Origin: Deltaproteobacteria bacterium
GTDB lineage: Bacteria; CG2-30-53-67
Assembly (NCBI GenBank): GCA_013151235.1
Contig: JAADIO010000008.1
Coordinates: forward strand, 1-64,000
Direction of reading: 5' to 3'
Length of the DNA: 64,000 bases
A program made the position numbers and the translations under genes. How positions within the stretch are numbered: the stretch's first letter is position 1; each line of letters starts with the position of its first letter. Below are positions 23,071 to 32,953 of the stretch, in pieces. The notes beneath the pieces were generated by a model, which was not told where the DNA came from, searched no databases, and worked only from the letters and a program-made list of their open reading frames with translations.

Positions 23071-24051
23071 TCAGTCGGGAAGCACCTTTTTCAGCTCCTC
23101 CGTCAGAAGAGGAAGAACCGTGAACAGGTCCCCCACAATCCCATAATCGGCCTTCTCGAAGATCGGAGCCTCCGGGTCGGAATTGATCGCCACGATCGTC
23201 CGGGCCGTCCCCATCCCCGCCAGATGCTGTACCGCCCCCGAGATCCCGCAGGCGATATAGAGCTTCGGGCTTACGACCTTTCCCGTCTGCCCCACCTGGT
23301 CGGAGTGGGGCCGCCACCCGGAATCGACGGCCACCCGGGATGCGCCGACAGCCCCGTGCAGCAAGGAGGCCAGCTCCTCCAACATCTTGAAATTCCCGGC
23401 ATTCTTCATCCCCCGTCCCCCCGAGACAATCACCTCCGCCTCGGTCAGGTCGATCCGTCCGTCCCCCTCCTCAACCCTCTCAATCAAACGGGTACGGATC
23501 TCAGCACAATCACAGGGGACCTTCTCCGGCTCCACCTTCTCCGGCGGATCGGCGGGGTCGGCGGGAAAGACGTTCGGCCGAATCGTCGCAAAGGCGGGGC
23601 CGTCCCCCTCTACCGTCTCACGAACAAGGGCCTTGCCTCCGAAAACGGGACGAAGGACGGAAAGCTTTTCTCCTTCGAAGGCAAGTTCCACGCAGTCTGT
23701 CATAAGCCCGCACCCAAGCCGCGCGGCAAGGCGGGGCATCAGGTCCCGGGCGAGGATCGAGTTTCCCATCAGTATGGCCGCCGGCTTTTCTTTCACGATG
23801 AGGGGAGCAAAAACGGAAGCATAGCCATCCGTCGAATAGGTGGAAAGCACAGGGTCCTCAATCACGAAAACCCGGCCGGCCCCGTACTTTCCGAAATCAC
23901 CGGCCAAACCTTCCACCCCGTCACCGGCGAGGAGAACGGACAGTTCACCACCCCTCTCGCCGCAAAGGCGCCGCCCCTCCGATACCGCCTCAAAACTGCT
24001 CTTCTTGACCTTTCCATCCTTTATCTCGGCGATGACCATGACTCCGCTCAT
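23071..24051 (-). CDS. etfA: Electron transfer flavoprotein alpha subunit
   Basis: VSGGRG and QVGQTGKVVSPKLYIACGISGAVQHLAGM motifs. Confidence 0.97.
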   Translation of the reverse strand: MSGVMVIAEIKDGKVKKSSFEAVSEGRRLCGERGGELSVLLAGDGVEGLAGDFGKYGAGRVFVIEDPVLSTYSTDGYASVFAPLIVKEKPAAILMGNSILARDLMPRLAARLGCGLMTDCVELAFEGEKLSVLRPVFGGKALVRETVEGDGPAFATIRPNVFPADPADPPEKVEPEKVPCDCAEIRTRLIERVEEGDGRIDLTEAEVIVSGGRGMKNAGNFKMLEELASLLHGAVGASRVAVDSGWRPHSDQVGQTGKVVSPKLYIACGISGAVQHLAGMGTARTIVAINSDPEAPIFEKADYGIVGDLFTVLPLLTEELKKVLPD

Positions 24052-24198
24052 ACCCTCTTCTCCTGTAAATGATCCTTCCATCCCGGAGAGGTCCGCACAA
24101 TCTTCCCCCTTCGACAAGCCGGCGAACGGTGCTTTGGGCCCCGGATCTCAAATTCCACAGTCAGCTTTCAGCAATCGGCTATCCGCATGACACCTGCG

Positions 24199-24237
24199 CC
24201 CCCTCATCCCAACCTTCTTCTCCCCGGGGGAGAAGGT
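24199..24237. repeat. REP-like hairpin (CCCCCTCATCCCAACCTTCTTCTCCCCGGGGGAGAAGG)
   Basis: GC-rich stem preceded by a CCCTCA-type leader; resembles the element at 12761-12860. Confidence 0.5.
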
Positions 24238-24357
24238 GAAGCAATCGATATACTTAATAAGCTTTCCGGTTTTTCCCTGTGACTCCCCGTGTTCCCCGTG
24301 GTTGTATGCTTTTCGGTTTTGACTTCGCTTCTGTTTTCTTCCAGCCATTCATGTTCC

Positions 24358-24543
24358 TCAGCGAAAGATCCACCAGTGCAGTATTTGTTCGTTATGGGTC
24401 AACTCCGCGAAGGTCCCGATCCCCAAGAGGATCACATAAACAACCAGCACACCCAGAAGGATGTACGACCCGTAACGCCCCCAGAAAGTATCTTTGTTTT
24501 TCTCTTCTCCCTGTTCTTGATCATGCAAACCTTCACCCTCCAT
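24358..24543 (-). CDS. Small single-pass membrane protein (61 aa)
   Basis: GGAG RBS, one strongly hydrophobic helix (YILLGVLVVYVILLGIG), co-oriented between etfB and etfA. Confidence 0.65.
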   Translation of the reverse strand: MEGEGLHDQEQGEEKNKDTFWGRYGSYILLGVLVVYVILLGIGTFAELTHNEQILHWWIFR

Positions 24544-24615
24544 GTTTTAAGCTCCTTCCCGATTCCGGATCCCCGGTCCCCTTCCCCAAAATTTCTATTT
24601 CCTGATTCCCGGTTT

Positions 24616-25395
24616 TTACAGTGCCCCGGCCTCCTCTCTCAGCAGTCTCACCAGTTCCTTCACCGCCTCGGCCGGATCTCCGGGGATCTTGGTTCCACCC
24701 TTCCGCTCAGGCGGCGGTGACCAGGATTGGGCCTTCACCCTGGCCGCCGGCACATCATCGAACCCCAATGCCGCCGCGTCAACAACTTTGATTTCTTTCT
24801 TCTTCGCCTTCATGATCCCAGGCAGAGACGCATAGCGGGGTTCGTTCAACCCTTTCTGCGCGGTCACGAGTGCCGGCAAAGGAATCTCCAGCGCCTCTTT
24901 TCCCCCTTCCACTTCCCGCTCCACGGTGATCGTCTTGCCGTCATCGGCGGGGGTGAGCTTTGTGGTCATCGTGGCTTGGGGAATTCCTAAAAACTCTGCA
25001 AGGGCCGGCCCCACGAAGCCGGCATTGTCGTCCACGGCCTCCTTCCCGCAGAAGATCAGATCGTACTCGATTCCCGAAATTGCCGCCGCCAGGGCTTTGG
25101 CCGTCACGAAAGGATCGGCATCTCCGAATAGCTCATCCTTGACATGGACCGCCCGGTCTGCCCCCATGGCGAGACAGGTCCGGATTGCTTCGGTTGCCCG
25201 GTCCGGCCCGAGGGAAATTACTATGACCTCGCCGCCCAGCTTCTCTTTGATCCGAAGGGCCTCTTCCACGCCGTACTCATCATAAGGATTGACGACGTAA
25301 CTCAAGTCCCCCGTCTCGATCCCCTTCCCGTCGGAGGAGACGGTAATCCGTGCCGCCGTATCGGGCACCTGTTTTACGCATACGATGATCTTCAT
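24616..25395 (-). CDS. etfB: Electron transfer flavoprotein beta subunit
   Basis: MKIIVCVKQVPDT, NPYDEYGVEEAL and EPRYASLPGIMKAKKK motifs. Confidence 0.97.
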   Translation of the reverse strand: MKIIVCVKQVPDTAARITVSSDGKGIETGDLSYVVNPYDEYGVEEALRIKEKLGGEVIVISLGPDRATEAIRTCLAMGADRAVHVKDELFGDADPFVTAKALAAAISGIEYDLIFCGKEAVDDNAGFVGPALAEFLGIPQATMTTKLTPADDGKTITVEREVEGGKEALEIPLPALVTAQKGLNEPRYASLPGIMKAKKKEIKVVDAAALGFDDVPAARVKAQSWSPPPERKGGTKIPGDPAEAVKELVRLLREEAGAL

Positions 25396-25489
25396 AGAAA
25401 TCCCCATCCTCCATCAACAACATACCGCTCTGTTTATTCCATATCTGAATCAGTATTTGCAACGCCCCGGGTAAACAGAAAATTTATCA

Positions 25490-25552
25490 GTGGTCCTGTT
25501 CGTAAATACTGCAACCCTCTCGGCGCGTCACCGTATTTACGAATAGGGCCGC
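25490..25552. mobile_element. 63-bp MITE-like element with 20-bp terminal inverted repeats and TCA target duplication
   Basis: GTGGTCCTGTTCGTAAATAC ... GTATTTACGAATAGGGCCGC (17/20 complementary), with TCA on both sides; related copy at 33987-34039. Confidence 0.65.
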
Positions 25553-26710
25553 TCAGTACCCGCCTTTTTTCAGCAGGTCCCGTGCGATGACGAGATGCTG
25601 TATCTCGTTGGTTCCCTCGAAGATCCGGTTGATCCGGGCGTCCCGGTAGAACCGCTCGATCGGCATATGGGTCATGTACCCCATCCCGGCATGAATCTGC
25701 ATGGCCCGATCAACGATCTGACCCTGCCACTCGGTACAGAGAAGTTTCACCGTCGCCGACTCCCGTGAGAAGTTCTCCCCGGCGTCGGCCATCGCCGCCG
25801 TCCGGTAGACCATGCTCTCCATCGCGAAGATCTTCGCTCCCATCTCTGCGAGATAGAACTGGATGATCTGCTGATCGGCGATCGGGCGGCCGAACTGCTC
25901 CCGCTCCCCGGCATGGCGAATGGAGAGGACCAGCATCTCCTTCGACGCGCCGAGGGCCGCTGCGCCGAGACCGAGCCGGCCGTAGTCGAGGGTCCGCATG
26001 GCGTTTCTGAATCCGCCGCCGACGTTGCCCAGGACCTGGGACTTCGGGACCCGCATCTCCTCGAAGATCAGCTCCGCCGTGCTGGAGCCGCGAATTCCCA
26101 TCTTCTCCTCAATCGTACCCACGGAAAATCCGGGGGTGTCCGTCGGAACGATGAAGGCGGTAATCCCTCCGTGGGGCCCCTTCTCCGGGTCGGTCACGGC
26201 GTAGAGGATCACGATGTCGGCGATCCCCCCGTTGGTAATCCAGATCTTGCTTCCGTTGATTACGAAGTCGCCGCCGTCCTCGACGGCGCGGGTCCGTATA
26301 CTCCCGGCGTCGGAACCGGCCGAAGGTTCCGTCAGTGCAAACGCGCCCAACTTCTCCCCCGCTGCCATCGGGACAAGGAAGGTCCGCTTCTGCTCTTCCG
26401 TACCGTCGAGGAGGATCGGCATGCAGCCGATGCTCTGGTGTGCGGCAACGGTGATGGCGAAACTCGCACAGCCGTGCGAGAGCTCCTCCATCATGATGCA
26501 GTAACCGACCTCACCGAAGCCGCTTCCGCCGTGAGCCTCGGGGATGGCGATCCCGAAGAGACCGTTCTGTGCCCCTTTGGCGATCAGTTCCCCCGGGATC
26601 TCTTTTTCCCGGTCGATCAGCGCAGCAAGGGGGCGGACCTCCCGGTCGGTGAACTTCTTCACCATCTCCCGGATCATTCGCTGCTCGTCGGTGAAGTGGA
26701 AGTCCATCAC
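25553..26710 (-). CDS. Acyl-CoA dehydrogenase (short/branched-chain type)
   Basis: AFALTEPSAGSD, GSKIWITNG, KMGIRGSST and IFEGTNEIQ motifs. Confidence 0.96.
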   Translation of the reverse strand: MMDFHFTDEQRMIREMVKKFTDREVRPLAALIDREKEIPGELIAKGAQNGLFGIAIPEAHGGSGFGEVGYCIMMEELSHGCASFAITVAAHQSIGCMPILLDGTEEQKRTFLVPMAAGEKLGAFALTEPSAGSDAGSIRTRAVEDGGDFVINGSKIWITNGGIADIVILYAVTDPEKGPHGGITAFIVPTDTPGFSVGTIEEKMGIRGSSTAELIFEEMRVPKSQVLGNVGGGFRNAMRTLDYGRLGLGAAALGASKEMLVLSIRHAGEREQFGRPIADQQIIQFYLAEMGAKIFAMESMVYRTAAMADAGENFSRESATVKLLCTEWQGQIVDRAMQIHAGMGYMTHMPIERFYRDARINRIFEGTNEIQHLVIARDLLKKGGY

Positions 26711-28449
26711 CCCTCCCCGGCCCGGTCACGGGATTGTACCGGGTAGGCGGACTTCTCCAGGGCCGCCCCCGCGATCCTCGTGAGAAGTTCATCGTCGTTT
26801 CCGTCGATCATCCGGCTGTTGCGCCGGACCCTGCGCCGGGCGAAATTGCAGAAGGTCCGGCAGATGTCGATCTCCGTCGCTGAAGGCTCCGCGCCGCGCC
26901 TGCGGATGGAGTCGGTCACGCGGGAGATGACGCAGGTCATTACATATAAATCGATCACCATCCCGGCTATCCGCTCGAGGATGTATTCCCGTTCCACGAT
27001 CTTCTTCCGGTACCGGCGGAGGACCTTCTCCGCCGCCTCGGGGAGATGGCGGACAGACTCCTCCACCCGCCGGACTTCCTCTTCCAGGAGGGGATCGGCC
27101 TTCCCGATCCGATCCCCCGCGAGGGAGGTAATCTTCCGGACAGCGTAGTCGGCCAGCTGTCCGATGTTGTGAAGGGGGTCCTTGATGGCCCGGGCAACCT
27201 CCTTCAGTTCTTCTCCCGGCCCCTGCAGCCCGGAAAGAGCAATGAAGAGCCGGAGGATCTCGTTGGTCCCTTCAAAGATCATGTTAATCCGGGCATCCCG
27301 GAGAAACCGCTCGTGGGGGTACTCCTCCATATAACCGTTTCCCCCCATGATCTGGAGGGCGTCGTTGATGACTTCCCAGACACGGTCGGTGGAAAAGACC
27401 TTGGAGATCGCCGACTCCAGGGAATAGTCGACATCCCCCCGGTCGACCAGTCCCGCCGTCATGTAGGTGACGCTCTCCATGGCGTAGGTATCGACCACCA
27501 TGCGGGAGATCTTCTCCCGGATCATTTCAAATTCGGCGATCGGTTTTCTGAATTGCTCCCGTTCCTTTGCATGGGCGACGGAGGCCTCGATCATTCTCTT
27601 CGCCGCACCGACGCAGCCGGAAGCAAGTCCCAGCCGTCCCGAGTTCAGAACCTCCATGGCGACCTTGAACCCCTCCCCTTCAGCACCCAAGAGGTTTTCG
27701 AGAGGAACCTTGACATTTTCAAAAATCACCGGCGTCGTGGAGGAACCCCGGATGCCTAATTTCTTCTCTTCGGGTCCGATGGTAATCCCGCCCAGATCCT
27801 TCGTCACGATAAAGGCGGTAACCCGGTTCTTCTTCTCTCCCTGCACCTCCACCTCGGTCTTGGCGAAAACGGTGAAATATTCGGCCATCCCGCCGTTGGT
27901 CACCCACTGCTTTGATCCGTTGAGGAGGTAGTGATCCTCCTTCCGGACGGCCGTGGCCTTCAGCCCCTGCGCGTCGGACCCGGCGCCGGGCTCGGTCAGA
28001 CAGAAGGCGGCGATCATCTCCCCGGTGGCCAGTTTCGGCAGGTACTTCCGTTTCTGTTCCTCCGTTCCGAAGAGGAGGAGCCCCTTGAAACCGATCGACT
28101 GGTGCCCCCCCACGGTCACCGCCACAGAGGCACTGTGACGGGAGAGTTCCTCAATCACCCTGCAGTAAGCCCGTTGGGAAAGGGCGAACCCTTCATATTC
28201 TTCGGGAATGACCATCCCCATCAGACCCAGTTCGGCCAGCCCCGCCATCACCTCGTCGGGGATCTTCTTTTCCCTGTCGATCTTCTCCGGATTGATCCGG
28301 TCGCGGCAGAACTTCCCCACCGAATCGACAATGATGTTGAGATTTTCCAGTTCCTCCCCCTCAAGGTGAGGATAAGGAAAGAGGAGATCCTCTTCGATCT
28401 TCCCCGCGAAGAGGGCCTTGCAGAAGCTCCTTTTTTCCTGGTCGGTCAT
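26707..28449 (-). CDS. Acyl-CoA dehydrogenase, VLCAD/ACAD9-like with C-terminal extension
   Basis: AFCLTEPGAGSD and IFEGTNEILRLFIAL motifs; ~580 aa. Confidence 0.94.
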   Translation of the reverse strand: MTDQEKRSFCKALFAGKIEEDLLFPYPHLEGEELENLNIIVDSVGKFCRDRINPEKIDREKKIPDEVMAGLAELGLMGMVIPEEYEGFALSQRAYCRVIEELSRHSASVAVTVGGHQSIGFKGLLLFGTEEQKRKYLPKLATGEMIAAFCLTEPGAGSDAQGLKATAVRKEDHYLLNGSKQWVTNGGMAEYFTVFAKTEVEVQGEKKNRVTAFIVTKDLGGITIGPEEKKLGIRGSSTTPVIFENVKVPLENLLGAEGEGFKVAMEVLNSGRLGLASGCVGAAKRMIEASVAHAKEREQFRKPIAEFEMIREKISRMVVDTYAMESVTYMTAGLVDRGDVDYSLESAISKVFSTDRVWEVINDALQIMGGNGYMEEYPHERFLRDARINMIFEGTNEILRLFIALSGLQGPGEELKEVARAIKDPLHNIGQLADYAVRKITSLAGDRIGKADPLLEEEVRRVEESVRHLPEAAEKVLRRYRKKIVEREYILERIAGMVIDLYVMTCVISRVTDSIRRRGAEPSATEIDICRTFCNFARRRVRRNSRMIDGNDDELLTRIAGAALEKSAYPVQSRDRAGEG

Positions 28450-28477
28450 GAGACTCTCCTGTGTTGCACGGAAACGG

Positions 28478-30619
28478 TTAATAGAATGTTTTGCCCTGTT
28501 CCGCCATCTCAACGATCAGGGCCGCCGGTTTGAAACGCTCGCCGAACCGTTCGGCATAATCCTCCAGGTCTTTCCGGATCGCCGCAAGCCCCAGGGTGTC
28601 GGCATACCGGAGAAGCCCGCCCCGGAAAGGAGGAAAACCGGTGCCGAAGATCATTCCGGCATCGACCACCGACGGCCGGTCGGCGATCCCCTCTTCCAGG
28701 ATCATGGCCGCCTCGTTGATCATGCACAGGACCAGCCGCCCCGAGATCTCTTTTTCCAGGATCCCCGACGCACCCTTCCGGACGGAGGCGACAATCTTCT
28801 CCGTCTCAGGAGCGACGCTCTTCTCTTTTTTCCGGTAGACGTAAAAGCCCTTGCCGTTCTTCTTCCCGAGCCGGTCCGCCTCAACCATTTTTTCGAGGAT
28901 CACGGAGGGCCGCATCCGGTCGCCGTAGGCCTCATGAAGGATCCCGGCCACCTTGAAGGCGACGTCGAGACCGATGGCATCGAGGAGGATGAAGACCCCC
29001 ATCGGCATGCCGAAATCGAGCATGAACCGGTCGATCCTCCCGATCCCGACCCCTTCTTCAACGAGCAACGCCCCCTCGTTCAGGTAGGGCATGAGGATCC
29101 GGTTGACGAGGAACCCTTCCCGGTCGCGCACCACGATCGGGGTCTTGCCGAGTCTTTGTGAAAGGGCGACGATCGTGGCCACCGTCTCGTCGGAGGTCTG
29201 TTTCCCCCGGATCACCTCTACGAGGGGCATCCTGTCCACGGGGTTGAAGAAGTGCATCCCAACGACCTTCTCCGGGTTGCGGGAGGCCGCGGCCATCTCC
29301 GTCACGGAGAGGGAAGAGGTGTTCGAGGCGAAAATCGCATGATCCGGCAGGACCTCTTCGATCTCCCGGAGGACCGCCTTCTTGATCTCCATCTTCTCTA
29401 CGACCGCCTCGACCACAAGGTCCGTACGGGCAAAGCCGGTCTTCTCCGTCGTCCCGCTGATGTAACCGAACTTGCGGTCCAGATCCTTGCGGCCGATTAT
29501 CCGCTTTTTCTTCTTCCCGGCCAGGACCCGGTAGGCGGCCCGGAGCCCGCCGGCAACGGCGGTCGTGTTGATATCCTTCATCCGGACGGGGATTTCCCCT
29601 TCGGCGAAGAGTTCGGCAATCCCGCCCCCCATGATGCCAGCGCCCAGGACCCCCACCTTCCGGACCGGCAGGGGTTCGATCGAATCATCGGACACGCCCC
29701 GGTCTTTCCTGAACTCCTCCCGGAGATAGAAGACGGAGATCAAGTTCTTCGAGACCGGCGTCACCGCCGTCTCGCCGAGGTAACGGGCCTCGATGACGAG
29801 CCCCTCTTTCATGCCCCGGAGGAATCCCTGCTCCATGGCGTCGAGGGCGCGCAAAGGCGCCGGGTAGTGTCCCCGGCCCTGCTTCTCCGTCTGTTCCCGG
29901 GCCTTCCTGAACAGGATCTTCCGGCCGATGGGAGTGGTCTCGAGGAGCATCTCCATGAGATCCATCTTCCGGCGCATCCCCTCGGGACGTCGCCAGCCGG
30001 AACCCATGACCTTCTTTGCAAAGGCGACGGCCGTATCGAAGAGGATCTCCCTGGGAACGACATCATCGGCAAGTCCGAACCGCTTTGCTTTTCCCGGATA
30101 GATATTCTTCCCCGTAAGGATGCAGGAGAGCGCCTTTTGAATCCCGATTAGGCGGGGGAGGCGCTGGGTGCCGCCGAACCCGGGGATGATCCCCAATTTC
30201 ACTTCCGGCTGACCGAGGACGGTTTTGGGATGGTCCGTAATGATACGGTAGTGACAGGCCAGGGCGAGTTCCATCCCGCCGCCGAGGCAGACACCGTCGA
30301 TGGCGGCGATCACCGGGATGGGAAGGCTCTCCAGACGGTCGAGGATGATCTGCCCCCGCCGGGCCAGATCCTCTCCGTGATGGGGCTCCGCAATTCCCTC
30401 GATCTCACGGATATCGGCTCCGGCGATAAAGATTCCCTTCTTCGCGCTTTTAATGATGATCGCCTGCACATCGTGATTCGCAGCAAGGTCGTTGATCGCC
30501 TGCGAAAAGGACTCCATCACGGCGGAGGTGAGCTTGTTCACCTTTTCACCCGGAAGGTCAAAGGTCAAAAGCGCAATGCCGTCTTCACGAATCTGAACAT
30601 CGATTGGAGAATCCATCAT
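28478..30619 (-). CDS. fadJ: Fatty acid oxidation complex alpha subunit (enoyl-CoA hydratase / 3-hydroxyacyl-CoA dehydrogenase)
   Basis: FIAGADI, GGGMELALAC, PGFGGTQRLPRLIG, GAGIMGGG and GMHFFNPV motifs. Confidence 0.95.
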   Translation of the reverse strand: MMDSPIDVQIREDGIALLTFDLPGEKVNKLTSAVMESFSQAINDLAANHDVQAIIIKSAKKGIFIAGADIREIEGIAEPHHGEDLARRGQIILDRLESLPIPVIAAIDGVCLGGGMELALACHYRIITDHPKTVLGQPEVKLGIIPGFGGTQRLPRLIGIQKALSCILTGKNIYPGKAKRFGLADDVVPREILFDTAVAFAKKVMGSGWRRPEGMRRKMDLMEMLLETTPIGRKILFRKAREQTEKQGRGHYPAPLRALDAMEQGFLRGMKEGLVIEARYLGETAVTPVSKNLISVFYLREEFRKDRGVSDDSIEPLPVRKVGVLGAGIMGGGIAELFAEGEIPVRMKDINTTAVAGGLRAAYRVLAGKKKKRIIGRKDLDRKFGYISGTTEKTGFARTDLVVEAVVEKMEIKKAVLREIEEVLPDHAIFASNTSSLSVTEMAAASRNPEKVVGMHFFNPVDRMPLVEVIRGKQTSDETVATIVALSQRLGKTPIVVRDREGFLVNRILMPYLNEGALLVEEGVGIGRIDRFMLDFGMPMGVFILLDAIGLDVAFKVAGILHEAYGDRMRPSVILEKMVEADRLGKKNGKGFYVYRKKEKSVAPETEKIVASVRKGASGILEKEISGRLVLCMINEAAMILEEGIADRPSVVDAGMIFGTGFPPFRGGLLRYADTLGLAAIRKDLEDYAERFGERFKPAALIVEMAEQGKTFY

Positions 30620-30641
30620 GATTCCTCCGGGGGTATAAAAT

Positions 30642-30695
30642 CAGTTCAAACCGTTCAAACCGTTCAAGCTGTTTAAACCGCTCGAGCCGTTTGCA
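30642..30695. repeat. Degenerate 9-bp tandem repeat (CCGTTCAAA, ~6 copies)
   Basis: cagttcaaa ccgttcaaa ccgttcaag ctgtttaaa ccgctcgag ccgtttgca between fadI and fadJ. Confidence 0.75.
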
Positions 30696-30700
30696 CCGGT

Positions 30701-31990
30701 TCATCTCTCCACGATCACGGCGCCCCCCTGTCCGCCGCCGATACAGAGGGTGGCCAGGCCGAGGTGCAACTTCCGCCGCTTCATTTCTTTCAAAAGGGTC
30801 AGGATCAACCGGGTGCCGCTGGAGCCCACGGGATGGCCCAAAGCGATCGCCCCGCCGTTGACATTCAGTTTTTTTCGGTCGATCTCTCCCAGAGGGGATT
30901 TCCGGTCGAGATGTTTTTTTGCAAAATCCTCTGAGGAGATCGCCCGTTCGCAGGCCAGGACCTGGGCGGCGAAGGCCTCGTTGATCTCAAAAAGGTCAAG
31001 GTCTTCAAAGGCAAGCTGTGCCTTTCTTAAGGCCAGGTCCGTGGCAAAGACCGGTCCCAACCCCATCCGGCCGGGATCGCAACCCGCAAATCCGTACGAG
31101 CGGATGAACCCCATTGGTTCGTAACCGAGTTCGGCGGCCTTCTCCTCCGACATGACAAGGACGGCCGCCGCACCATCGGTAATCTGGGAGGAGTTCCCCG
31201 CCGTGACCGTGCCGTGGCGTTTATCAAAAACGGGCTTAAGTTTACCCAACGCTTCCAGAGACTGACCTCTCCGGACACCGTTGTCTTGCGCAACAGCCCC
31301 CTTGAATTTCGGCGGCACGTAGACCGGAACGATCTCATCACCGAGACGGCCCTCCTCAATCGCATTTTCGGCACGCTGGTGGCTCACGAGGGAAAAGGCA
31401 TCCTGATCCTCCCTGGATATCCCGAACTCCCTGGCGAGGACTTCGGCGGTCTGCCCCATGTTCAGGCCGCAGACCGGATCGGTCAGACCGAGAAGGAGGC
31501 CGATCACCGGCCTGAAATGAGCCGGGCGGAGGGAAGAGAGTACCTTGATTCGGGCGGGAAGAGATTTCGCACGCTGGAAGGCCTGAATAATTCCCTGAAG
31601 GGATTTCGAATAAAAGAAGGGGATGTTACTCATCGACTCCACGCCGCCGGCGATGATGACCCCGGACTCGCCGAGGATGATCTGGCGATACGCATTGATG
31701 ACGGCCTGCATCCCCGAGGCGCAGTTCCGCTGGACGGTATAGGCTGGGGCCTCTCTCGGGATTCCGGCCTTGAGAGAGATTACCCGGGCGATATTCGCCG
31801 AATCTGCCGGCTGGCCCACATTTCCGATGATCACTTCATTGACGACGGCAGGGTCGAGATCAAGACGCTCCAGCAGTTCCCGGACAGCGATGCAGCCGAG
31901 TTCCGATGCGGAGAGGTTATCAAAGAGGGTCCAGGCCTTGATATAAGGGGTCCTAACCCCATCCACGATCACTACCCTCTTCTTTTTCAT
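30701..31990 (-). CDS. fadI: 3-ketoacyl-CoA thiolase
   Basis: NCASG, NEAFAAQ, GGAIALGHPVG and LCIGGGQG motifs; adjacent to fadJ. Confidence 0.95.
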   Translation of the reverse strand: MKKKRVVIVDGVRTPYIKAWTLFDNLSASELGCIAVRELLERLDLDPAVVNEVIIGNVGQPADSANIARVISLKAGIPREAPAYTVQRNCASGMQAVINAYRQIILGESGVIIAGGVESMSNIPFFYSKSLQGIIQAFQRAKSLPARIKVLSSLRPAHFRPVIGLLLGLTDPVCGLNMGQTAEVLAREFGISREDQDAFSLVSHQRAENAIEEGRLGDEIVPVYVPPKFKGAVAQDNGVRRGQSLEALGKLKPVFDKRHGTVTAGNSSQITDGAAAVLVMSEEKAAELGYEPMGFIRSYGFAGCDPGRMGLGPVFATDLALRKAQLAFEDLDLFEINEAFAAQVLACERAISSEDFAKKHLDRKSPLGEIDRKKLNVNGGAIALGHPVGSSGTRLILTLLKEMKRRKLHLGLATLCIGGGQGGAVIVER

Positions 31991-32093
31991 AGAGCCTCCC
32001 CAGGAAGGACGTTGTTACATCTTTATGACCTCAAATCTTCCGTTTGTCAAATCACCGAACAAACGTCGTATCTGCCCGGCAACCTTCTGAACA

Positions 32094-32213
32094 AGTATAC
32101 CCCACAGGGTCTTTCCCTGTCAACGAAACCGTTGAATTTTCCGATAGTTGAGGTGATTCATTCATCCCCTGTATCAATTCATCGCTTGACATTCTCCCGG
32201 TAGATTTTATAGT
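32094..32213. promoter_or_regulatory. Divergent sigma70 promoters for the fad operon and START-like gene, with a candidate operator
   Basis: Minus strand TTGACA-N18-TATACT (32123-32094); plus strand TTGACA-N16-TATAGT (32186-32213); palindrome ACAGGG-N5-CCCTGT at 32104-32120. Confidence 0.55.
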
Positions 32214-32242
32214 TTGACTGAGAGAGAAAAAGGAGAAAATCG

Positions 32243-32887
32243 ATGCGGAAACCAAATGCCGGGACAGGATGGATCTTCCAGATACTTTTCTTAACCTGTT
32301 TTGTTGCGGCTGAGCCGGCAGCGGCCGTGAAACCAGTTGCAAAAGGGGTCATGCTGACCAACGTCACCTATTCCCTGAAAGATACCGGGGAAAAGGGGGT
32401 CAAGAAGTACACCATGGAAGCCGATTTTCAGGCTACGAAGGACAAGGTCTGCGGGGTCATCTGCGACTATTACAACCTGAACACCTTCATGCCGAAGGAT
32501 ATCCGGTCGAAAGTCCTTCATGGATCCTCAAACCGGCTGATCCTGGAGGTCGTCATGGATCTCCCCTGGCCTTTCGAAGATCTGAAAAGTACCCTTCTGG
32601 TACGGTTCGACAAGAAAAAGGCTATCGCCCGGTGGCAAAAGGTGGGCGGGAACATCCTTCGAAACGACGGAACCATTGAGATCACCGACCGGGGGGATCA
32701 CTCCCACGTCAAGCAGGTCACCTATCTGAATATCGGGCGGTACTACCCCGGCTGGTTTATCAAAATGTACACCCGGACCCAGACCTACAAGATTATGCGG
32801 GCGATCCGGGGAAGGCTGGAAGCCGAGGAAAGACAGACCGCCCTGCCCCAGGGATTTACTTCACAAAACGCAGAGCCGCCGAATTGA
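32243..32887 (+). CDS. Exported SRPBCC/START-like putative lipid-binding protein
   Basis: Signal peptide; [19 protein letters not shown] and GRYYPGWF patterns typical of START/polyketide-cyclase folds. Confidence 0.65.
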   Translation: MRKPNAGTGWIFQILFLTCFVAAEPAAAVKPVAKGVMLTNVTYSLKDTGEKGVKKYTMEADFQATKDKVCGVICDYYNLNTFMPKDIRSKVLHGSSNRLILEVVMDLPWPFEDLKSTLLVRFDKKKAIARWQKVGGNILRNDGTIEITDRGDHSHVKQVTYLNIGRYYPGWFIKMYTRTQTYKIMRAIRGRLEAEERQTALPQGFTSQNAEPPN

Positions 32888-32953
32888 TACAGTAATGAAA
32901 CCCGCTCGGTTCAGGACCGTCCCTGAAGACCTGTCCCTTCTTCTCACTCACCT

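Noticed and set aside
24148-24348. 66-aa ORF between the small membrane gene and etfA
   Set aside because: Runs through repeat-like DNA and has no recognisable protein features
30642-30695. Possible CRISPR array
   Set aside because: 9-bp units without spacers, and no cas genes in the window
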